Shown here: in pieces, positions 10,078 to 20,128 of the stretch
How the letters are laid out: each line of letters opens with the position of its first letter
How positions within the stretch are numbered: the first letter of the stretch is position 1
Assembly: GCA_964588415.1 (NCBI GenBank)
Contig: CAZPPK010000001.1
Location: forward strand, 1-56,347
Source: an uncultured Lentimicrobiaceae bacterium
Lineage (GTDB): Bacteria > Bacteroidota > Bacteroidia > Bacteroidales > F082
Length of the DNA stretch: 56,347 nt
Direction: 5' to 3'
The notes under the pieces: model-generated
Told to the model about the DNA's origin: nothing
The model's input: only the letters and a program-made list of their open reading frames with translations
The model's database searches: none
Position numbers and translations under genes: made by a program

Positions 10078-11796
10078 ATGAATAATATTTCACTCATTAA
10101 AAAATACTGGAAAGAACTTTATCCGGCCACAGGCTTTAAAATTCTTGAAGATTTTCTTAACGAAGCGGAAAAATATAGTATGCCCGTTCCAGATTCACAA
10201 CCAGACTGGTACAAAGATGCCATTGTTTATTCTCTATACGTCGATCTGTTTAATAAAGATTTTTCAGGACTTATCGATAAGTTAGATTATCTTGAAGACT
10301 TGGGAGTGAATTGTTTATGGCTTCTGCCGATATTGGATTCCCCCATGCGGGATGCCGGTTTTGATATCCGAAATTATGACCGTATCCGCGCTAATTTACT
10401 AGGACTTCCGGAAAATTTCGAAAAAGAAGAACAGGAAAAATTATTCAGGGAACTTTTACACGAAGCCCATCAAAGAGGAATCAGGATCATTTTTGACATT
10501 GCCATGAACCACACTTCCGATCAACATCCGTGGTTTCAGGAAGCAAAAAAGTCACCTAACAATCCTTTCCGCGATTATTACATTTGGAGCAAAGACACAA
10601 GCCTATACGGTGATGCACGATTGCTTTTCAAAGGAATAGAAGACAGTAACTGGCAACCGCTTGGAGATGTTTTCTATTTTCACCGTTTCTTTAACTTCCA
10701 ACCGGATCTGAACTATAAAAATCCGGAAGTATTGCTTGAAATGTCACATAATTTGCTTTACTGGCAAAGCCTTGGCGTGGATGGCTTCCGGGCCGATGCC
10801 ATTCCGTATCTCTGGAAAGAAGAAGGCACAGACTGCGAAAACAGACCTAAAACACACACCATTGTCAAGTTTTATCGCGCCATGCTCGATCACATTAATA
10901 AGGGATCACTTCTTCTGGCAGAAGCATGCCAAAAACCCAATAATGTAGTAAAATACATGGGAAACGGTGACGAATGCCATGCAGCATACCATTTCCCGCT
11001 GATGCCTATGATGTTCAAGGCCATTGCGATGGAAGACAACTTACCGATTCGCCAGACCCTGAGTACCCAGGTAACACCACATCTTCCAGATAGCGGACAA
11101 TGGATGACTTTTTTAAGGGTTCATGACGAATTGAGTCTGGAGTTGGTTTATGTAACTGAAGAAGACCGGAAATACATTTACGAAAATTATTGCCATGATC
11201 CGAAATGGGATTTCCGCGTGGGAGAAGGAGTTTCTGCCCGTCTGGCGGAACTTTTCCAAAAAGATATCCGTAAAATTAGCCTTGCTTATTCTTTGATGCT
11301 AACCTTAACCGGAAGCCCGGTGGTTTATTATGGCGATGAATTCGGTAAACTGAACGATGAGAATTATTACAACGAACAAATTCAACTGACTGGAAAAGAT
11401 GACACTCGTTTTCTGGTTCGTGGCCGTATCGATTGGAAGCAGCTTGAAGAAAATTTGAAAGACCCGGAAAATTTCCACACTCAGGTTTTTGAGATTATCA
11501 AATCGCTACTGAACACAAGAAAGGAGCATCCTGCCTTTGGAAGAGGCCATACTGAATTTATTGATACTGTTTCCCTTTCGGGGAAAACCACCAACCAGGT
11601 GTTGGCTTATTTCCGGTCCATGCCGGAAGAAAATATTCTGGTCATTAACAACCTTTCGGGAAGAAAAGTGGAGATCAAACATCCGTTGTCAAGTGAAAAC
11701 ACTTTCATCCTGAACATGAATGGCTTTTCCTACAATGATGAAAAGCAAAGTATCATATTGGAACCTTACGGTTTTGTCTGGTTTGAAGCTGTTTAA
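10078..11796 (+). CDS. treS: Trehalose synthase (TreS)-like GH13 maltose alpha-D-glucosyltransferase
   Basis: WYKDAIVY, SPMRDAGFDI, NHTSDQHPWF, FHRFFNFQPDLN, GFRADAIPYL, LAEACQ, FLRVHDEL. Start moved to ATG 10078, downstream of a TACTTTTG promoter box at 10051-10058. Confidence 0.8.
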   Translation: MNNISLIKKYWKELYPATGFKILEDFLNEAEKYSMPVPDSQPDWYKDAIVYSLYVDLFNKDFSGLIDKLDYLEDLGVNCLWLLPILDSPMRDAGFDIRNYDRIRANLLGLPENFEKEEQEKLFRELLHEAHQRGIRIIFDIAMNHTSDQHPWFQEAKKSPNNPFRDYYIWSKDTSLYGDARLLFKGIEDSNWQPLGDVFYFHRFFNFQPDLNYKNPEVLLEMSHNLLYWQSLGVDGFRADAIPYLWKEEGTDCENRPKTHTIVKFYRAMLDHINKGSLLLAEACQKPNNVVKYMGNGDECHAAYHFPLMPMMFKAIAMEDNLPIRQTLSTQVTPHLPDSGQWMTFLRVHDELSLELVYVTEEDRKYIYENYCHDPKWDFRVGEGVSARLAELFQKDIRKISLAYSLMLTLTGSPVVYYGDEFGKLNDENYYNEQIQLTGKDDTRFLVRGRIDWKQLEENLKDPENFHTQVFEIIKSLLNTRKEHPAFGRGHTEFIDTVSLSGKTTNQVLAYFRSMPEENILVINNLSGRKVEIKHPLSSENTFILNMNGFSYNDEKQSIILEPYGFVWFEAV

Positions 11797-11870
11797 AAGT
11801 TAGGATTCCGGAATACGACTGGAAAACATTAATTTATTTGTACTAAATTCGTGCATTCTTGGTTATTTCC

Positions 11871-12089
11871 TTACAGAACTATTCTTTTATAATTCAATCT
11901 CAACTCTCCAAAATTAACAATTAAGGTCAGGTTGTTGCCTGATACTTTCAAGTAATTAATCGCTTGAGCAATAAATTCATCTGCGATTTCTGAGGCACCT
12001 TTTACTTCTAAAATGATTTTATCAAACACCACAAAATCAGCATAAAAGAAATGGGGAAGAAGAATCCCTTTATAATAAATCCCAAACCT
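11871..12089 (-). pseudogene. 5'-truncated GxxExxY-family (PD-(D/E)XK-like) gene remnant
   Basis: Hand translation gives RFGIYYKGILLPHFFYADFVVFDKIILEVKGASEIADEFIAQAINYLKVSGNNLTLIVNFGELRLNYKRIVL*. There is no ATG and an in-frame TAA lies at 12090-12092; the frame is absent from the ORF track. Confidence 0.75.
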
Positions 12090-12174
12090 TTAAAGCCACG
12101 AATACACGAATTGGAAACGAATATTGTGAAGACATCAAAATTTAAATCCTGCCCACTTATAACCCGACTTATAT

Positions 12175-12182
12175 TAACTTTG
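12175..12182 (+). promoter_or_regulatory. Bacteroidota -7 promoter box TAACTTTG for selU
   Basis: Matches TAnnTTTG, 19 bp upstream of ATG 12202. Confidence 0.6.
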
Positions 12183-12201
12183 CCTTTCAATAGAATTGCT
12201 G

Positions 12202-13257
12202 ATGTCGCAAAGAATTATCATTGAAGAATTTTTACCCATGGCCGATGAGTTACCTCTGATTGATGTGCGCTCACCTAAGGAATTTGCACAGGGACATATA
12301 CCAGGAGCATTCAATATTCCTCTTTTCGATGATGAAGAAAGAGCAAAAGTTGGTATTCGCTACAAACAAGGCGGAAAGGAAAATGCTGTCCTGCGGGGGT
12401 TGGAAATTGTTGGCCCTAAACTGGCAGATTTTGTAAAACAAGCCCGTAAAATTACACCTAAAAAAGAGATTTTGATTCATTGCTGGCGTGGTGGCATGCG
12501 TTCGGAAAGTATGGCCTGGTTGCTCGAAACTTCAGGTATGAAAACTTACACGCTCGAAGGCGGCTACAAATCCTACCGTCGCCACATCCGGGAAGCCTTT
12601 TCAAGACCGGAAAAAATGATAGTTCTGGGAGGATATACAGGCAGTGGCAAAACCGATATCTTAAAAGAGATGGAAAAGACTGGTCAACAATTTCTTGATA
12701 TTGAAACAATTGCAAACCATAAAGGTTCCGTATTCGGAATCCTGGGACAGGAACCCCAACCTACCAATGAGCAGTTTGAAAACAATCTTGCCGCTGCCTG
12801 GAGAAAGTTTGATTTTGAAAAAATACTGTGGGTAGAAGATGAAAGCCGCTACTTGGGGTTTTGTGGAATTCCTGATCCGCTTTTCTCTCAGATGCGTAAT
12901 GCCCTGCTCATCAAAGTTATTGTTCCGAAACAGGAAAGAGAGCTTCGTCTGGTAAAGGAATATGGCAGTTTTGACAAAGAAAGCCTTGCCGGGCAATTGA
13001 TAAAAATAAAAGAGCGTATGGGTGGCCAGAATTTAAAAACAGCTTTACAGGCTCTGGAATCAGGAGACATACAACAAGTTGCGGCTCTGACACTTCAATA
13101 CTATGACAAAGCATATCTACATGCTGGTAAAACCAGGGACACAAATAACATTTTTGAACTGGAAGTTGAAGAAGATCACCCAGCCCGGACGGCAAAAAAA
13201 GTATTGGATTTTGTGAAAAATTTAAACCCCATTTCTAATGAATCCCGTTTATCTTGA
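12202..13257 (+). CDS. mnmH: tRNA 2-selenouridine synthase SelU/MnmH
   Basis: Rhodanese domain (IDVRSPKEFAQGHIPGA, HCWRGGMRS) plus P-loop GYTGSGKT, HKGSVFG and VEDES; overlaps the SelD fusion gene. Confidence 0.93.
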   Translation: MSQRIIIEEFLPMADELPLIDVRSPKEFAQGHIPGAFNIPLFDDEERAKVGIRYKQGGKENAVLRGLEIVGPKLADFVKQARKITPKKEILIHCWRGGMRSESMAWLLETSGMKTYTLEGGYKSYRRHIREAFSRPEKMIVLGGYTGSGKTDILKEMEKTGQQFLDIETIANHKGSVFGILGQEPQPTNEQFENNLAAAWRKFDFEKILWVEDESRYLGFCGIPDPLFSQMRNALLIKVIVPKQERELRLVKEYGSFDKESLAGQLIKIKERMGGQNLKTALQALESGDIQQVAALTLQYYDKAYLHAGKTRDTNNIFELEVEEDHPARTAKKVLDFVKNLNPISNESRLS

Positions 13258-15445
13258 TTATAACGCAACCACACCCATTGCACCAGAAGTGGCAGAAGCT
13301 ATGAAGCCCTTTCTGGAAGAATATTTCGGGAACCCTTCCAGCTCACATTCTTATGGAATTAAGACTAAAATGGCAGTGGAAAATGCGCGCAAACAGGTTG
13401 CCGAACTCATTCATTGCGACCCATGGGAAATTGTGTTTACCAGCGGCGGGACAGAGTCCAACAATTATGCAATCAAAGGCATTGCGCTGGCCAACAAACA
13501 CAAAGGAAACCACATCATCACTTCTTCGGTGGAGCATCCCGCTGTATTTGAAGTCTGCCGGTATCTTGAAAAAAATGGTTTTGAAGTAAGCTATATTCCT
13601 GTGGATGAATTCGGCATCATCGAACTTGATGCCTTGAAAAATGCCATTCGTCCTTCTACGATTTTAATTTCGGTGATGCACGCCAACAACGAAGTTGGGA
13701 GCATCCAGCCGATCCGGGAAATTGCTGAGATCGCCAAGTCGCACAACATCTTCCTACATACCGATGTCGCCCAATCTTTGGGAAAAATTCCTGTAGATGT
13801 TAAAGAATTAGCCATCGATTTACTGAGCATTGCTGGGCATAAACTATACGCTCCGAAAGGAATTGGAGCGCTGTATATCCGGAACGGCATTCACTTGGAA
13901 AAATTAATTCACGGTGCCGATCACGAACAAAACTTAAGAGCTGGGACGGAAAATGTGTTAGAAATAGTCGGGCTTGGAAAAGCGTGTGAAATTGCAGATT
14001 TGCATCTGGAAGAAAACACAGCACATTATAAAGAGACGCGCGACATGTTGTATCACATCTTGAAAGAAGCACTACCTGGCATCAAATTAAACGGACATCC
14101 AGAGCTGCGACTGCCCAACACGTTGAGCATCTCCTTCCCTAAAATTGAAGCCAACACATTGGTATCGCGGCTCGAAAATGTGGCAGCATCTGCCGGTGCC
14201 GCCTGCCATTCCGAAAGCATTGATGTTTCTGCAGTTCTGGAAGCCATGCATGTTCCGCCGGATTACGCCATGGGAACCTTGCGATTCTCAACAGGACGCG
14301 GAACCACAAAAGAAGAAATTAAAATAGCTGCGGAAGAAATAATTAAAACAGTGAAGGCATTCATACCCAAAGAAGATGTGCCGCAAAAATCATCACAGCA
14401 AAAAATCGGAGAAATTAAACTTACACACTATACACACGGCCTAGGCTGTGCCTGCAAGATCCAACCGCAGCATCTGGAATCGGTTTTGCAGAAATTAAAA
14501 CCTTTGTTTGATCCGAATGTTTTGGTCGGAACAGAAACATCCGATGACGCCACGGTTTATCGCCTGACTGAAGATCTGGCACTGGTCCAAACCCTTGATT
14601 TTTTTACTCCCATCGTTGACGATCCATACGACTTCGGCGCTATTGCCACTGCCAATGCATTGAGCGATATTTATGCCATGGGGGCCAAACCCATTTTTGC
14701 TTTGAATATTGCAGCCTTTCCGGAAGATACACTTCCCTTGCCGGTACTGGAACACATCTTAAAAGGCGCTCAGGACAAAGCCACTGAAGCTGGAATTGCC
14801 ATTCTTGGCGGCCATACCATCGAAGATCCTGAACCCAAATACGGCATGGTAGTCAGCGGCACAATTCATCCTGATAAAATCATAAAAAACAAAGGAGCAC
14901 AACCCGGAGACGTGCTGATCCTTACCAAACCCATCGGGACAGGAATTCTTTCCACTGCCATCAAACGGGGCATGGTGGAAGAAACGTTGAGAAAGGAAGT
15001 AACCAAATTGATGGCGACTCTGAATAAAATACCGGCTGAATTGATGTTACAATATGATGTTCACGCCTGCACTGACGTTACAGGTTTTGGCCTGATGGGA
15101 CATCTAAAAGAAATGAGTGTCGCATCTCAATGTGATGTGGAAATAAGTTTTAACCAGGTTCCGTGGATAAGGGAAGCAAAGAACCTGGCGACGGCCGGGA
15201 TCATTCCGGGTGGAACCTACAACAACCTGGATTTTGTGAAACCTTTTGTGGATTTCGGGATCATATCGCGCACCCAACAACTTCTACTCTGTGATGCCCA
15301 AACTTCCGGTGGACTTTTGGTTGCCCTTACTGAAAAAGATGCAGCTCTTTATTTAAAAGCTTTACAGGAAGCCGGAATAAAAGAAGCTTGTGCAATCGGA
15401 AAATTCTCCGTTAAGGGGAAAGGGTTGATTCTGATTCAGAAGTGA
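13238..15445 (+). CDS. selD: Fusion of a NifS-like cysteine desulfurase/selenocysteine lyase and selenophosphate synthetase SelD (Cys form)
   Basis: N-half: YLDYNATT, FTSGGTES, AGHKLYAPKG, SAGAACHS. C-half from about 14411: HGLGCACK, SDDA, DFFTPIVDDP, ANALSDIYAMG, GGHT, TDVTGFGL, DAQTSGGLL. One continuous 735-aa frame. Confidence 0.93.
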   Translation: MNPVYLDYNATTPIAPEVAEAMKPFLEEYFGNPSSSHSYGIKTKMAVENARKQVAELIHCDPWEIVFTSGGTESNNYAIKGIALANKHKGNHIITSSVEHPAVFEVCRYLEKNGFEVSYIPVDEFGIIELDALKNAIRPSTILISVMHANNEVGSIQPIREIAEIAKSHNIFLHTDVAQSLGKIPVDVKELAIDLLSIAGHKLYAPKGIGALYIRNGIHLEKLIHGADHEQNLRAGTENVLEIVGLGKACEIADLHLEENTAHYKETRDMLYHILKEALPGIKLNGHPELRLPNTLSISFPKIEANTLVSRLENVAASAGAACHSESIDVSAVLEAMHVPPDYAMGTLRFSTGRGTTKEEIKIAAEEIIKTVKAFIPKEDVPQKSSQQKIGEIKLTHYTHGLGCACKIQPQHLESVLQKLKPLFDPNVLVGTETSDDATVYRLTEDLALVQTLDFFTPIVDDPYDFGAIATANALSDIYAMGAKPIFALNIAAFPEDTLPLPVLEHILKGAQDKATEAGIAILGGHTIEDPEPKYGMVVSGTIHPDKIIKNKGAQPGDVLILTKPIGTGILSTAIKRGMVEETLRKEVTKLMATLNKIPAELMLQYDVHACTDVTGFGLMGHLKEMSVASQCDVEISFNQVPWIREAKNLATAGIIPGGTYNNLDFVKPFVDFGIISRTQQLLLCDAQTSGGLLVALTEKDAALYLKALQEAGIKEACAIGKFSVKGKGLILIQK

Positions 15446-15661
15446 GTAAATCAATTGATTACACCCCATCTTTATTCATCCAGTTTTAGGGTCTTATTAA
15501 GCTTTTAACAGTAATTCGGATCGATGGGAATCCGTTTTTACCGATCCCTAACTCCTGTCCAATTTACTATTTATAAGGGCTTAGTAATAATCCCGGAAAC
15601 CACTTTAAAACTGACCTTTCAATTTATTAATTTATAAATTTGCAGCCTTCAGAAACACACC

Positions 15662-16558
15662 ATGACGCATTCACACATAGGAGAACTTTTTGCTTTGGGC
15701 ACCGCCATGTTCTGGACGGTTTCTGCATTAGCATTTGAAGGTGCCACAAAACGTGTCGGCCCTTTTGCTGTAAACCTGATCCGGTTATGGTTTGGATTTG
15801 TTTTTTTGAGCATCCTCTCCTATTTTATCAGGGGACTGGTATTCCCGGTAGATTCCACACTCCACAATTGGATTTGGCTGGGACTGTCTGGTATAATAGG
15901 ATTTATTCTGGGTGACTTTTTTCTCTTTTCTTCTTACCCAATGATCGGTTCCCGCATGGCTATGTTGATGATGACATTGGCGCCTCCCATCGCAGCACTA
16001 TTCGGATGGATTTTTTTGGGAGAAACTATGAATCTGAAGGGATTAGCAGGAATGGTACTTGTCCTTACCGGAATAGCCATTGCCATTTGGAACAAACCCA
16101 ACGGGAAGGAAAAAATTAAGTTGAAGTATCCTCTCCGCGGTTTGCTTTTCGGACTTTTCGGAGCCATAGGACAAGGCGGTGGAATTGTACTGAGTAAGTA
16201 TGGTATGGGAAGCTATAACGCTTTTGCTTCAACGCAAATCCGTATCGTTGTTGCTATGGTCGGGTTTACCCTGATTATCACTTTTCTGAAACGTTGGAAA
16301 AATGTGACAACCACCTTCAAAAATCTTCCAGCCGTTAAGGGAATTGTAACCGGGTCGTTTTTCGGTCCTTTTCTCGGAGTATCTTTTTCGCTGCTCGCCG
16401 TTCAAAATATCAGTGCAGGCGTAACATCAACCATCATGGCCATGGTACCTGTCTTTATTATCCTTCCCTCGGTAATCTTGTATAAACAAAAAGTGAATCT
16501 TGCAGAAATTGCAGGAGCCTTTTTAAGTGTGATCGGAGTAGCTATGTTTTTCATCTAA
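15662..16558 (+). CDS. DMT/EamA-family 10-TM transporter
   Basis: Two hydrophobic EamA-like repeats; has its own TAAATTTG box at 15635-15642. Confidence 0.88.
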   Translation: MTHSHIGELFALGTAMFWTVSALAFEGATKRVGPFAVNLIRLWFGFVFLSILSYFIRGLVFPVDSTLHNWIWLGLSGIIGFILGDFFLFSSYPMIGSRMAMLMMTLAPPIAALFGWIFLGETMNLKGLAGMVLVLTGIAIAIWNKPNGKEKIKLKYPLRGLLFGLFGAIGQGGGIVLSKYGMGSYNAFASTQIRIVVAMVGFTLIITFLKRWKNVTTTFKNLPAVKGIVTGSFFGPFLGVSFSLLAVQNISAGVTSTIMAMVPVFIILPSVILYKQKVNLAEIAGAFLSVIGVAMFFI

Positions 16559-16578
16559 TGGCTTTTATATAAAAGCCA
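16559..16578 (+). terminator. Palindrome TGGCTTTTATATAAAAGCCA directly after the DMT stop
   Basis: Perfect 20-bp palindrome; no clear U tract. Confidence 0.35.
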
Positions 16579-16910
16579 AGCCGACGATACTATTTTCTCT
16601 TTCACACAGTGTACAGTATCCATATTCTATCATAAAAAGTTCATTTTTAAAGCGTAATTCTCACACTAACCCCTTGTAATTTCTAAGAAAGTCAGTAATA
16701 GTCAAGACTGATGGTTACACGAAGTGTTATGTAGAACTAATCTATTTTTTGACGAGAACGGGAAAAATAAAATGATTTCACTCGTTTGCGATAGGGGAAT
16801 TTATGTAAAAGTTTTGAAGAAAAAGTCAAATAACTATTCCAGCCGGGGTTTACTTCCGTTAATTATTGAAAATATTTTCACCTTTGCATGTAACAAAAAA
16901 TGAAAAAGAC

Positions 16911-19900
16911 ATGTCTCAATACGCTTTTGAATCCGTGGTTTTTGATTTGGACGGAGTCATTACCAAAACAGCCACAGTCCATAGCCACGCCTGGAAAAAG
17001 ATGTTTGACGATTTCCTGATGAGCAGGGAAAAAGAACATAATGAACCCTTTAAAGAATTTACACAGTCAGATTATTTGGCTTTTGTGGACGGTAAACCAC
17101 GGTATGACGGAGTAAAAAGCTTTCTGGAATCCCGGAACATTGAACTTCCATTTGGGAGTCCTGACGACGGACCGGAAAAAGAAACTGTTTGTGGGTTGGG
17201 AAACAAAAAGAATGCAGCTTTTAACGATGTTTTGTCCACTGAAGGCGTGGAAATCTACCCATCCACAGTTGCTTTTATGAAAGCGTTGAAAGATGCCGGA
17301 GTAAGAGTAGGTGTGGCTTCTTCCAGTAAAAACTGTGAAGCTGTTTTAAAAGCCGCCGGATTGGAAGACCTTGTGGAAACCCGTGTTGATGGAGTAGTTT
17401 CCGCTGATATGGGTTTAAACGGCAAACCTGCCCCCGATATATTTCTTACCGCAGCAAAAAATCTGAATGCAAATCCACATTACTCTGTGGTTGTTGAAGA
17501 TGCCGTTTCAGGCGTCGCCGCAGGAAAAAACGGGAATTTTGGCTTAGTTTTGGGTATCGCTCGTGATAACAATTCGTTGGAATTGAAAAGAAATGGTGCA
17601 GACATAGTGGTTTCCGATCTGGAAGAAATTGACATGAGCACAGTGAACGAATGGTTTCAACAAGATTTGGAGAACGACAATTGGCAGTTGGGATACCACG
17701 ATTATGACCCGAAAAGAGAACGTTCACGGGAAGCTTTGCTGGCCATCGGAAATGGTTATTTCGGTACCCGTGGCGCCATGGAAGAATCTTCAGCCAACAA
17801 AATCAACTATCCGGGAACTTATATTGCCGGCATCTATAATCGATTGATCACCAAAATTCAGGACCGTGATGTCGCCAACGAAGATTTTGTTAATTGTCCT
17901 CAATGGTCACGCGTTAGATTTAAAATTGATGACGGCCTTTGGCTAGATATCAATGAAGTTGAAATTCTCTCGATCGTCCGCAGACTGGATTTCAAAACAG
18001 GTGTTCTTCATCGGGAGATGACCATCAAAGATGAAGAAGGGAATATTAGTTTAATTGAATCCCAACGTTTTAGCAGCATGTATCAACCGCATCTGGCTGC
18101 TCTTTGCTATAAAATTACTCCTTTAAACTATTCCGGGATCCTTAGCATTTGCACGGCGCTGGACGGTGCCATTCAAAATGAAGGTGTCGAGCGTTACAAA
18201 GACCTGGATTCAAAACATTTGCAAGCAGTTGAGCAGGGTGGCGAAAATAATATAACCTGGTTAAAAGTGAAAACCAATCAATCGGATATTGAAATCTGTC
18301 AGGCAGCAAAAATCAGCTTGAAACATAATGGAAAAACCATTGAAACGGAAATTGCTCATACTTCAGATGAAGGAGTTGTTTATTCTATCATGGAACAGGA
18401 AGTTGTTGCGGGAGAAACTGTTGAGCTTGAAAAAGCAGTTGCTCTTTTCACGAGCAAGGAGGAAGAATATCCCATGACCGAAGCTTTGGGACTGGCCAGC
18501 ACAGCAGGGACTTATGAAGCTTTATTGAACGCTTCGATTGATGCAAGAAAAAAACTTTGGAAAGAAATCGACATCCGTTTGGAAGGCAATCGCCTGTCGC
18601 AAAAGTTATTGCGTTTGCACCTGTATCACTTACTTATTTCTGCATCTAAGAATAACACAAAGCTGGACGCCAGCGTTACGGCCCGCGGACTCCACGGCGA
18701 AGCTTATCGTGGTCATATTTTTTGGGACGAGTTGTTTATTCTGCCTTTTTATGATATTCATTATCCCAAAACTGCCCGTTCGCTGTTAATGTATCGTTAC
18801 CGTAGGCTTGACAAAGCCCGTGAGTACGCCAAAGAATACGGCTTCAAAGGCGCCATGTTCCCGTGGCAAAGCGGCAATGACGGTAGCGAAGAGACCCAAG
18901 CGGTTCACCTGAATCCGGTTTCTGGTGAATGGGGCCCCGACCATTCTTCCCTGCAAAGGCATGTTTCTCTTGCCGTTGCTTATGATATCTGGGAATATTT
19001 TCACATTTCTCAGGATATGGAATTCATGGAAAAATATGGCATGGAAATGTTCCTGGAGATCTGCCGTTTTTGGGAAAGCAAAACTCATTGGGATGAGAAA
19101 AACCAACGTTTCAGCATCAGCGGCGTGATGGGACCCGATGAATTTCATGAAAAATATGCTGACACCGAAGATGGCGGATTAACCGACAATGCTTACACCA
19201 ACATTATGGTGGCATGGTTGTTTAAAATGGCCGGCACTTTGCTTTCGCAGATAGACCCGCAGGCCAAAACCAGCCTGTTTCAGTCGTTGAATATGAGTGA
19301 TGAAGAAACAAGCCACTGGCAGGATGTCCGAAAGAAATTGCGATTGGTTATTTCAGAAGAAGGCATCATTGCCCAATACGACGGCTACTTTGAACTGAAA
19401 GAACTGGATTGGGATTATTACCGTCAGAAATACGGAAATGTATACCGCATGGACCGCCTGCTGAAAGCCGAAGGAAAATCGGCAGACGAATACAAAGTAG
19501 CCAAGCAGGCCGATATGCTCATGACATTTTACAATCTTGATAAAGAAGATGTTGACGGCTTACTAGCAGATATGGATTATCATTTGCCGGAGGATTATCT
19601 GCAGAAAAATCTTGATTATTACTTAAAACGGACTTCCCACGGTTCCACTTTGAGCCGGGTGGTCCATGCCCAACTTGCCCAAATGATTGGTGACAAGGCG
19701 TTGAGCTGGGAACTTTTTTCCGATGCACTTTCCAGCGATTACAATGACATACAGGGCGGAACTACCGGGGAAGGCATTCATGCAGGAGTTATGGCTGGAA
19801 CGATCCTGATCGCGCTCAGCACCTACGCCGGAATACAGCTCAGAAAAGAAAATCTGGAGATAGATCCCAAGCTTCCGGGCACATGGGAAAAATTGCACTT

Positions 19901-20057
19901 TCAGATGGAATTCAAAAATGTACATTATTCTTTTTCTGTAGATAACAGCCAGATAACAGTCAAAGCTGATAAGGATGCAAAGATTAAAGCCTTTGACAAG
20001 GAAGTCGTACTGAAAGCGGGCGAAGAAGTTTCAGTTTTAAGTAACCAATTAAAATAA
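16911..20057 (+). CDS. Beta-phosphoglucomutase-like HAD domain fused to a GH65 glycoside phosphorylase/hydrolase
   Basis: HAD motifs VFDLDGVIT, GKPAPDIF and VVEDA; GH65 motifs GNGYFGTRG, RGLHGEAYRGHIFWD, GPDEFHE, KQAD and HGSTLS. Start placed at ATG 16911. Confidence 0.9.
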   Translation: MSQYAFESVVFDLDGVITKTATVHSHAWKKMFDDFLMSREKEHNEPFKEFTQSDYLAFVDGKPRYDGVKSFLESRNIELPFGSPDDGPEKETVCGLGNKKNAAFNDVLSTEGVEIYPSTVAFMKALKDAGVRVGVASSSKNCEAVLKAAGLEDLVETRVDGVVSADMGLNGKPAPDIFLTAAKNLNANPHYSVVVEDAVSGVAAGKNGNFGLVLGIARDNNSLELKRNGADIVVSDLEEIDMSTVNEWFQQDLENDNWQLGYHDYDPKRERSREALLAIGNGYFGTRGAMEESSANKINYPGTYIAGIYNRLITKIQDRDVANEDFVNCPQWSRVRFKIDDGLWLDINEVEILSIVRRLDFKTGVLHREMTIKDEEGNISLIESQRFSSMYQPHLAALCYKITPLNYSGILSICTALDGAIQNEGVERYKDLDSKHLQAVEQGGENNITWLKVKTNQSDIEICQAAKISLKHNGKTIETEIAHTSDEGVVYSIMEQEVVAGETVELEKAVALFTSKEEEYPMTEALGLASTAGTYEALLNASIDARKKLWKEIDIRLEGNRLSQKLLRLHLYHLLISASKNNTKLDASVTARGLHGEAYRGHIFWDELFILPFYDIHYPKTARSLLMYRYRRLDKAREYAKEYGFKGAMFPWQSGNDGSEETQAVHLNPVSGEWGPDHSSLQRHVSLAVAYDIWEYFHISQDMEFMEKYGMEMFLEICRFWESKTHWDEKNQRFSISGVMGPDEFHEKYADTEDGGLTDNAYTNIMVAWLFKMAGTLLSQIDPQAKTSLFQSLNMSDEETSHWQDVRKKLRLVISEEGIIAQYDGYFELKELDWDYYRQKYGNVYRMDRLLKAEGKSADEYKVAKQADMLMTFYNLDKEDVDGLLADMDYHLPEDYLQKNLDYYLKRTSHGSTLSRVVHAQLAQMIGDKALSWELFSDALSSDYNDIQGGTTGEGIHAGVMAGTILIALSTYAGIQLRKENLEIDPKLPGTWEKLHFQMEFKNVHYSFSVDNSQITVKADKDAKIKAFDKEVVLKAGEEVSVLSNQLK

Positions 20058-20128
20058 AAAAATTAAAACTCTATACAGAAAAGGGTTAAAAGTAATTTCA
20101 AAAACCATTGATCTAAAAAATAAAGGAC

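Noticed and set aside
12008-12190. 60-aa minus-strand ORF in the track
   Set aside because: It is in a different frame from the recognisable GxxExxY remnant and overlaps the selU promoter.
15443-15511. UGA read-through (selenocysteine) at the end of nifS-selD
   Set aside because: SelD is already complete, the extension is short and featureless, no SECIS-like hairpin follows, and the catalytic residue is already Cys.
11797-16910. tRNA-Sec or other tRNA in spacers around the selenium genes
   Set aside because: No cloverleaf or T-loop motif was recognised by eye; tRNAscan or Aragorn would settle it.
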